Source of the DNA: Candidatus Electrothrix sp. GW3-4
Lineage (GTDB): Bacteria > Desulfobacterota > Desulfobulbia > Desulfobulbales > Desulfobulbaceae
Direction: 5' to 3'
Length of the DNA: 32,000 nt
Assembly: GCF_037902255.1 (NCBI RefSeq)
Contig: NZ_CP147990.1
Coordinates: forward strand, 4,140,001 to 4,172,000
Shown here one piece after another: positions 26,555-32,000 of this stretch (the stretch's first letter is position 1; every line of letters starts with the position of its first letter). The position numbers were made by a program, and so were the translations under genes. A model generated the notes under the pieces. It saw only the letters and a program-made list of their open reading frames with translations, ran no database searches and was not told where the DNA came from.

Positions 26555-27076
26555 ATGGCGAGAATACAGCGAAATCAATCCTGTCCCTGCGGATCAGGGA
26601 AAAAACATAAACATTGTTGTTTAGTCCGGCAACAGGCTGGACACGACCCTTCTCCCCTGCAACAGATGAAGGTCTCATTACTGGGAGAGATAGCGAAGAT
26701 CCAGCAGGCAGCTGCCGACTTCAAAACTCGGGTTTATCAGCTCGGTGTCTTTATTTTCTTCAGTATGGAAAATGGAGACGCCTGGGTGCTGGAGGTCACA
26801 GACAGCGATGCTGTCCAGGTGGCTGCCCAGGGGCAACCGCATAAGCCACCTGTAACCGAAGATAACGAACGGATTGAGGTGGACTGGAGCCATAGTTTTG
26901 CTCTTCAGAAGAAACAGCTTTTTATAACAGCGTACAAGGATGGCAAGGAGCAAGAAATTATTGCAGCTCCGACCCACCAGATCAGCGCTGCTCTTCGCCG
27001 AATCATAAAGCTGTACCCTAAAGAACTGCTCAACAAGGTTCACATACGAGACGAAGAAGACGGAGCATCTGCCTAG
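26555..27076 (+). CDS. SEC-C motif domain protein (hypothetical)
   Basis: The N-terminus RNQSCPCGSGKKHKHCC is a canonical SEC-C metal-binding motif. I did not recognise the remaining 150 aa or so. Confidence 0.65.
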   Translation: MARIQRNQSCPCGSGKKHKHCCLVRQQAGHDPSPLQQMKVSLLGEIAKIQQAAADFKTRVYQLGVFIFFSMENGDAWVLEVTDSDAVQVAAQGQPHKPPVTEDNERIEVDWSHSFALQKKQLFITAYKDGKEQEIIAAPTHQISAALRRIIKLYPKELLNKVHIRDEEDGASA

Positions 27077-27192
27077 TTCTTCCTTTTACACCTCCTCTAA
27101 TGAACTGAAATATCTGCCTCCTTCTATATAAGGACAGCAGAAGCTGCTCAAGAGAAACAGATTGAAAATATTTTCTAAGTGACTAACAGATT

Positions 27193-27450
27193 ATGACCAG
27201 AGATGAATTACAAGAGCGTATCCTCACGATTCTGACAGAGGATTTTGAGTTTGAAACCCCTGGCTTGGATGATAATCTCCGCGATGATCATAATTTTGAC
27301 AGTATCGATGCTATCGAATTGCTTGGAAAAATAGAGCATATCCTCGACACCACCCTCACCAGAGAGGAAAAGGAGCAGGCTATGGAGATCAGAACGATCA
27401 ATGACATTCTTGATTATATAGAGAAGATAACAAGCTCTCGTGCCGAATAA
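27193..27450 (+). CDS. acyl carrier protein (dedicated, non-housekeeping context)
   Basis: An 85-aa acidic protein. The phosphopantetheine attachment motif is DHNFDSIDAIELLGKIE, with the Ser in DSID. It is the first gene of a tightly packed operon. Confidence 0.85.
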   Translation: MTRDELQERILTILTEDFEFETPGLDDNLRDDHNFDSIDAIELLGKIEHILDTTLTREEKEQAMEIRTINDILDYIEKITSSRAE

Positions 27451-27483
27451 CTCTCCTCCTCCTTTCTTACCCGGCTTACCTTC

Positions 27484-28716
27484 ATGAAAAGACGTGTCGT
27501 CATCACCGCCTGTTCCGCAATTACCCCCATCGGCTACAATAAACAAGACATCATAGACAGTCTTCTCCAGGGGAAATCAGGTGTGGCCCCGCTTCGAGAC
27601 GATGGCCTGCTGACCAAGCATATCCACTCTCGGGTCTTCGGGACCGTAGGATATCCTATTGAGTATAATTTTTCCCGCTACTTCCGTAAAACCATGGGCC
27701 CAGTGGCCTATTATGCCTGTCAGGTTGCTAAAGACGTCTTGGAGCAGTCAGGCTTAGACCAGAATTTCATTACCTCAGGCCGCCTCGGTGTAGCCTTTGG
27801 TTCAATCCACGGTAGCCCAACGGTGCAACGTGATATCTACAAGGCCTATTTCAACGAACTCGACACAAAATTTTCCTCCATCGGGGCTGTAGACTATCTC
27901 CGTTCGATGGTCCATACCACGGCAGTGAATATAACCCGTATGTTCGGTATTACTGGACGGGTCATCTCCTCATCCACGGCCTGCACCACCAGTAGCCAAT
28001 CCATCGGCTACGGCTATGAGGCGATTAAATTCGGTATGCAGGATGCCATGCTCTGTGGTGGGGCCGATGAATACGATACCACCACTGTGGCTGTGTTCGA
28101 TAACCTGCTGGCCTGCTCTGTCAAATATAACGAGACGCCGGAATGCACCCCTCGGCCCTTTGACAGCAAACGGGATGGCCTGGTTGTTGGCGAGGGCGGC
28201 GGTGCTGTGATGCTGGAGGAATATGAGTTCGCGAAAAAACGCGGCGCAACTATCCTGGGAGAGATCATCGGCTTTGCCTGCAATAATAACGGCGGTGATC
28301 TGATCCTGCCTAATCACGACGGCATTAAAGCAACCCTGAAGCTCGCCCTTGAAAATGCGGAAATCACGCATGAGGAGGTGGATTTCATCAGTGCCCATGC
28401 CACAGCGACCAAGATGGGCGATGTCATTGAGGCCCAGGCCATGCATTCTGTATACGGCGATAAACCGCTGGTCAGTGGTCTGAAGAGCTATATGGGCCAT
28501 ACTATGGCAACCTGTGGGGCCATAGAACTCATTCTCACCCTCTACATGATGGAACAGGGCTTTATCGCCCCCACGTTGAATCTGGACAAGGTTGACGAAC
28601 GCTGCGCCATGCTCTGCCATTGCCAGGAAGTCACGGACGCGAACATCAATATAGCAGCCATTCAGAATTTCGCCTTTGGCGGGGTCAATACCTGTGTGTT
28701 GGTGAAAAAGGTATAG
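27484..28716 (+). CDS. beta-ketoacyl-ACP synthase, KAS I/II (FabB/FabF-like) family
   Basis: The Cys-His-His triad is visible in context: SSSTACTTSSQSIGYG (active-site Cys), ISAHATATKMGD (His) and KSYMGHTMATCGAIE (His). The C-terminus is NFAFGGVNTCVLV. Confidence 0.9.
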   Translation: MKRRVVITACSAITPIGYNKQDIIDSLLQGKSGVAPLRDDGLLTKHIHSRVFGTVGYPIEYNFSRYFRKTMGPVAYYACQVAKDVLEQSGLDQNFITSGRLGVAFGSIHGSPTVQRDIYKAYFNELDTKFSSIGAVDYLRSMVHTTAVNITRMFGITGRVISSSTACTTSSQSIGYGYEAIKFGMQDAMLCGGADEYDTTTVAVFDNLLACSVKYNETPECTPRPFDSKRDGLVVGEGGGAVMLEEYEFAKKRGATILGEIIGFACNNNGGDLILPNHDGIKATLKLALENAEITHEEVDFISAHATATKMGDVIEAQAMHSVYGDKPLVSGLKSYMGHTMATCGAIELILTLYMMEQGFIAPTLNLDKVDERCAMLCHCQEVTDANINIAAIQNFAFGGVNTCVLVKKV

Positions 28717-29459
28717 TGTTGAGCCGAGGCATCGACTTCTGCATAACCCTTCTCTACTGGGTCTGGTTCATCTTCGGCTTTCTTTGTATCTTTTCCTGGC
28801 GATATGCTGCGGCCCTGTTCAGCTCCGACTCTGAACGCACTTTCCAGGGGCTGAACAGTTGTTTTTTCCAAATCCTCCTCAGTATCATTGGCCGAACCGC
28901 TCCAGGACAAAAAATATGCATAGATGACGAGGTCGCGGCGATTCGTTCCTCGGTGATTATCTGCAATCACCTTTCTTACCTGGACCCTCTGCTGCTCATC
29001 GCCCTTTTTCCTCGCCACCGCACCATTGTGAAGCCCCGTTTTTTCATGATGCCGATCTTCGGTCAGATCATAGCCAAGTCCGGCTATCTACCGGGCGACG
29101 GAGGAGGGCGTTTTTCCCGCCTCATGATTCACCAGATGGACAGCATGCCCAAATTTTTACAAGCTGGAGGTAACCTCTTTGTCTTTCCAGAGGGCACACG
29201 AAGTCGCAGTGGAGAAATTGGGACTATGCAGCAAGGGGCCATAAAAATCGCCAGGCTCCTTGGCGCGCCCATTTATCTTCTCCAATTGCGCAATACGGAG
29301 AAACTCTTTCCTCCGGGAAAATTTCTTTTTGCGACGAGAAAAAAAAACAGAATTACCCTCAAGGTATTGCAACGCTTGGAAATCGATGGTGCATCTCCTC
29401 CTTCCTCACCCCAGCTGATGCAGAAAATAGAGGAGGCGTATCGTAGCGCAGAGCCATGA
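28716..29459 (+). CDS. membrane-bound lysophospholipid/1-acyl-glycerol-3-phosphate acyltransferase (PlsC/LPLAT family)
   Basis: It has the H(x)4D catalytic motif in ICNHLSYLDPLLL and the FPEGTRS motif in VFPEGTRSRSGE. An N-terminal hydrophobic segment reads ITLLYWVWFIFGFLCIF. I chose the GTG start at 28716, which overlaps the KAS stop by 1 nt. The ATG at 28620 in the ORF track would overlap the KAS gene by 97 nt. TTG at 28719 is also possible. Confidence 0.8.
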   Translation: MLSRGIDFCITLLYWVWFIFGFLCIFSWRYAAALFSSDSERTFQGLNSCFFQILLSIIGRTAPGQKICIDDEVAAIRSSVIICNHLSYLDPLLLIALFPRHRTIVKPRFFMMPIFGQIIAKSGYLPGDGGGRFSRLMIHQMDSMPKFLQAGGNLFVFPEGTRSRSGEIGTMQQGAIKIARLLGAPIYLLQLRNTEKLFPPGKFLFATRKKNRITLKVLQRLEIDGASPPSSPQLMQKIEEAYRSAEP

Positions 29460-30952
29460 AAGTCATCCTGATATCCATGCCCGATGTTGCTCCCATTCTC
29501 ATCCATGAGGCGGCTGTCCACCTGCCCAATCACGGCATTGCCAGCGTGGGGGGAAATATTGACGCAGAGCATGAGGTCTGGCTCATTGATCTGGTCCGTA
29601 AACGCCGCTCAATCAAAAAATATCTGACCAAGGTTATCAGAAAACTACAACCAGACCTTGTCGGCCTATCGGCTATGGCCTGGCAGTATGACACCTGTAT
29701 TCGCATTGCCCGGCTCCTCAAGAGCTTGCAGCCAGAGGTTAAGGTAGTTATCGGCGGCTACCACGCCACCCTCATGCATGAGGAAATTGCTCTCTCCCCG
29801 GAGGCACAATGGCTTGATTTTATGATTCGGGGGGAAGGGGAGGAGGCCTGCCGTCGTTTGGTCAACGCCTTGGCTGGTCAGGATGAGCTGTCTGCAATCC
29901 CCTCGCTCTCCTATAAAAAAGACGGTCACTTTGTCCATAATCCCAGAGGAGATAACCTGGATTTGAGCACCTTGAAGCTGCCTATCCGGGATAAACGGCG
30001 TCTGACCTGGGGCTACCATCTGGTCCACTCTAAGATTGAGGTCATCGAGACCTCGCGGGGCTGTACTCGTTCATGCAATTTCTGTTCAATGAAACATATG
30101 TACGGGCGGAGCTTCAGGACCTTCCCCATTGAACGCGTCTTGCAGGACATTGATGCTATCTATTTTCAGAAAAAAACACGCTGCATCTTTATCACGGACG
30201 ATAATATCGTCCTGGATCAGGCCCGACTTATGGAGCTCTGCGACGCGATCATAGCCAAGGGGTATAAAGGGTTAAAACTCTTTGTCCAGGCCGATTGTAT
30301 CAGCATAGCCAAGAACGAGGCAATGGTGGCCAAGATGGCAACAGCAGGCTTTGCTTCGATCTTTCTCGGCATTGAAAATGTCTCCCGGCAAAATTTGAGC
30401 ACGGCCTGTAAGGGGGATATTATTGCGCCAGCAAAAAAGGCCGTTGAAAACTGTCATAAATATGGGATAATGGTTATTGGTGGCCTGATCTTCGGCTTTC
30501 CTGGGGATACCGAGATATCTATTAAAGAAAATTACGAATTTTTTAAAAATCTTCAGTGCGATGCCGCCTATTGTCAAATTCTGACCCCATATCCAAAGAC
30601 CGGGATGCGTGAACACCTTCTTGAGCAAGGCTTGGTCACCAACCCAACGGATTACAAAAAATACAATGGCCTATGGGCAAATGTACGAACAAAGTACTTA
30701 GATTCCGCCCAGCTCCATTACCAATTTTGGTATCAGCGCCAGGTTGTGCTGGGCTGGTGGAATCCCTCATCACAAACAGGGAAACAGGGGCGGCTCTGGA
30801 TATTCATCTGGCGCTTCCTTTTTAAACCCTTTTTGAAGCTCCGCTACGCCCTGCATTTTAAAAAAGACGACTGGCCAGCCCGTTATCAACAGGAGATCGA
30901 CCGCCTGAACAAGATGAACAGGTTTACTGATCTTGAAGAGTTCGGAGAATAA
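29456..30952 (+). CDS. B12-binding-domain radical SAM enzyme (class B radical SAM)
   Basis: An N-terminal Rossmann-like B12-binding domain (KVILISMP...LVGLSAMAWQYD...VVIGGYHATL) is followed by the radical-SAM cluster motif ETSRGCTRSCNFCS (CxxxCxxC). The ATGA overlap with the upstream gene indicates translational coupling. Confidence 0.85.
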   Translation: MKVILISMPDVAPILIHEAAVHLPNHGIASVGGNIDAEHEVWLIDLVRKRRSIKKYLTKVIRKLQPDLVGLSAMAWQYDTCIRIARLLKSLQPEVKVVIGGYHATLMHEEIALSPEAQWLDFMIRGEGEEACRRLVNALAGQDELSAIPSLSYKKDGHFVHNPRGDNLDLSTLKLPIRDKRRLTWGYHLVHSKIEVIETSRGCTRSCNFCSMKHMYGRSFRTFPIERVLQDIDAIYFQKKTRCIFITDDNIVLDQARLMELCDAIIAKGYKGLKLFVQADCISIAKNEAMVAKMATAGFASIFLGIENVSRQNLSTACKGDIIAPAKKAVENCHKYGIMVIGGLIFGFPGDTEISIKENYEFFKNLQCDAAYCQILTPYPKTGMREHLLEQGLVTNPTDYKKYNGLWANVRTKYLDSAQLHYQFWYQRQVVLGWWNPSSQTGKQGRLWIFIWRFLFKPFLKLRYALHFKKDDWPARYQQEIDRLNKMNRFTDLEEFGE

Positions 30953-31992
30953 TGCAAAAGACGTACAACCTTGAATTTACAGAGCAGGAGATTCGCGAGG
31001 CAGTTGCTGCCGACCAACTGCTCTCTATAGAAATTGAGTTCAGTCGGGTCTGTAATTTCCGTTGCTCCTACTGTTATGTTGAGGGGCAGGAGACATGGAA
31101 GAATGAACTCTCTCGGGAAGAGATTAAGGACGTTATCCTCCAGGCCAAGGCCTTGGGTGCCCGAAAAATTATTATCCTGGGCGGTGAGCCTTCTATCTAT
31201 CCCCAGCTCCCGGAAATACTCCATTTCATCGGTCAGGAAGGCCTGGAAATAGAGATGTTCACCAATGGCTCCGGGATTACTCAGGAGCTTGCTGATGTTC
31301 TTGCTCAGGAAAAGGTTCGGGTTGCCCTGAAACTCAATTCCCAGAACGAGGAGCTTCAGGATACGCTTGCCGGTAAACAAGGTGCCTACCAGGCTATCCA
31401 ACGAGCCTTGGGCTGCTTGCGCGAGGCAGGATATCCTGGTAAAGGACTCTACCTGGCCATGAGCACGGTCATTTGCCAACAGAATATTGAAGAGCTCCCG
31501 GCAATCTGGCAATGGCTGCGAGAGCAGGCAATTGAGCCGCTCTTTGAAGTCCTCACCCCCCAGGCCAATGCCTCAGAAAATACCTGGCTTGGGGTGAGTC
31601 CTGAAGAATTGAAAACGCTCTTTACCCAGCTCGCTGACCTTGATCGGAAAAAATTCGGCCGCGATTGGGAGCCTCAGCCTCCGCTGGTGGGTAACAGATG
31701 CATGCGGCACCAGGTTTCCTGCCTGGTGACCTCGAACGGCGATATTATGCCTTGCGTTGGGGTGACCATTCCCCTGGGGAATATCCGTAACAACACCCTT
31801 GCCCATATTCTCCATAATAGTGAAGAGATACAGAATTTAAAGAATTATCGGGAGACCATAAAGGGGGCCTGTCGAACCTGCGAAAAGGCTGAAGAATGTT
31901 ACGGCTGCCGGGGCGCAGCCTATCAGCTCACTGGAGACTACCTTGCCTCCGACCCAACCTGTTGGCGTAACGCCACATTGACAAAATGTTAA
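30952..31992 (+). CDS. radical SAM enzyme with a C-terminal SPASM/twitch auxiliary-cluster domain
   Basis: The radical-SAM motif is EFSRVCNFRCSYCY, followed by GGEPSIY. The C-terminal Cys-rich region is CMRHQVSCLVTSNGDIMPCV...CRTCEKAEECYGCRGAAY. Its ATG overlaps the upstream TAA by 1 nt. The gene ends 8 nt before the window edge. Confidence 0.85.
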   Translation: MQKTYNLEFTEQEIREAVAADQLLSIEIEFSRVCNFRCSYCYVEGQETWKNELSREEIKDVILQAKALGARKIIILGGEPSIYPQLPEILHFIGQEGLEIEMFTNGSGITQELADVLAQEKVRVALKLNSQNEELQDTLAGKQGAYQAIQRALGCLREAGYPGKGLYLAMSTVICQQNIEELPAIWQWLREQAIEPLFEVLTPQANASENTWLGVSPEELKTLFTQLADLDRKKFGRDWEPQPPLVGNRCMRHQVSCLVTSNGDIMPCVGVTIPLGNIRNNTLAHILHNSEEIQNLKNYRETIKGACRTCEKAEECYGCRGAAYQLTGDYLASDPTCWRNATLTKC

Positions 31993-32000
31993 GACTGAGT

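Noticed and set aside
28620-28715. Upstream ATG start for the acyltransferase given in the ORF track
   Set aside because: It would overlap the KAS gene by 97 nt. The encoded residues (MPGSHGREHQYSSHSEFRLWRGQ...) look like out-of-frame KAS sequence. GTG at 28716 gives the tight coupling seen elsewhere in the operon.
1-32000. CRISPR arrays, prophage genes, toxin-antitoxin pairs or known defence-system signatures
   Set aside because: No direct-repeat/spacer arrays were seen. No integrase, terminase or capsid-like ORFs were seen. The only nuclease, helicase or ATPase genes are those already explained as UvrC, ParA, the AAA domain of the kinase and the sigma-54 activator.

Overview
This is a chromosomal window of about 47% GC (estimated by eye). 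Gene content suggests a Desulfobacterota (deltaproteobacterial) anaerobe, indicated by a sigma-54 enhancer-binding protein, the B12-dependent reductase NrdJ, QueH and several radical-SAM enzymes. That taxonomic call is inference only. Most of the window is housekeeping: uvrC-pgsA, rdgB, queH, two tandem tRNA-Ser genes, parA-parB with a perfect parS site, nadB and nrdJ. Four things stand out. (1) At the 3' end, a tightly translationally coupled operon encodes a dedicated ACP, a KAS I/II-type condensing enzyme, a membrane PlsC/LPLAT acyltransferase, a B12-binding radical-SAM enzyme and a radical-SAM/SPASM enzyme, and it appears to continue past the window. I consider it the best candidate for an uncharacterised lipid-tailoring pathway. 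(2) A roughly 1.66 kb IS5/IS1182-type insertion sequence sits inside the GAF domain of a giant Ser/Thr-kinase/AAA/GAF/histidine-kinase/receiver hybrid. Removing the IS and one copy of the target duplication restores a single 1961-codon frame. A translationally coupled REC-HisKA_2 kinase follows. (3) A 535-aa protein made of about 22 MORN repeats lies directly downstream of pgsA. (4) An 865-bp gene-free region between parA and nadB carries the parS site and a second perfect palindrome. I saw no CRISPR array, prophage or recognisable defence system. All functional calls rest on motif recognition by eye, since no database search was possible.
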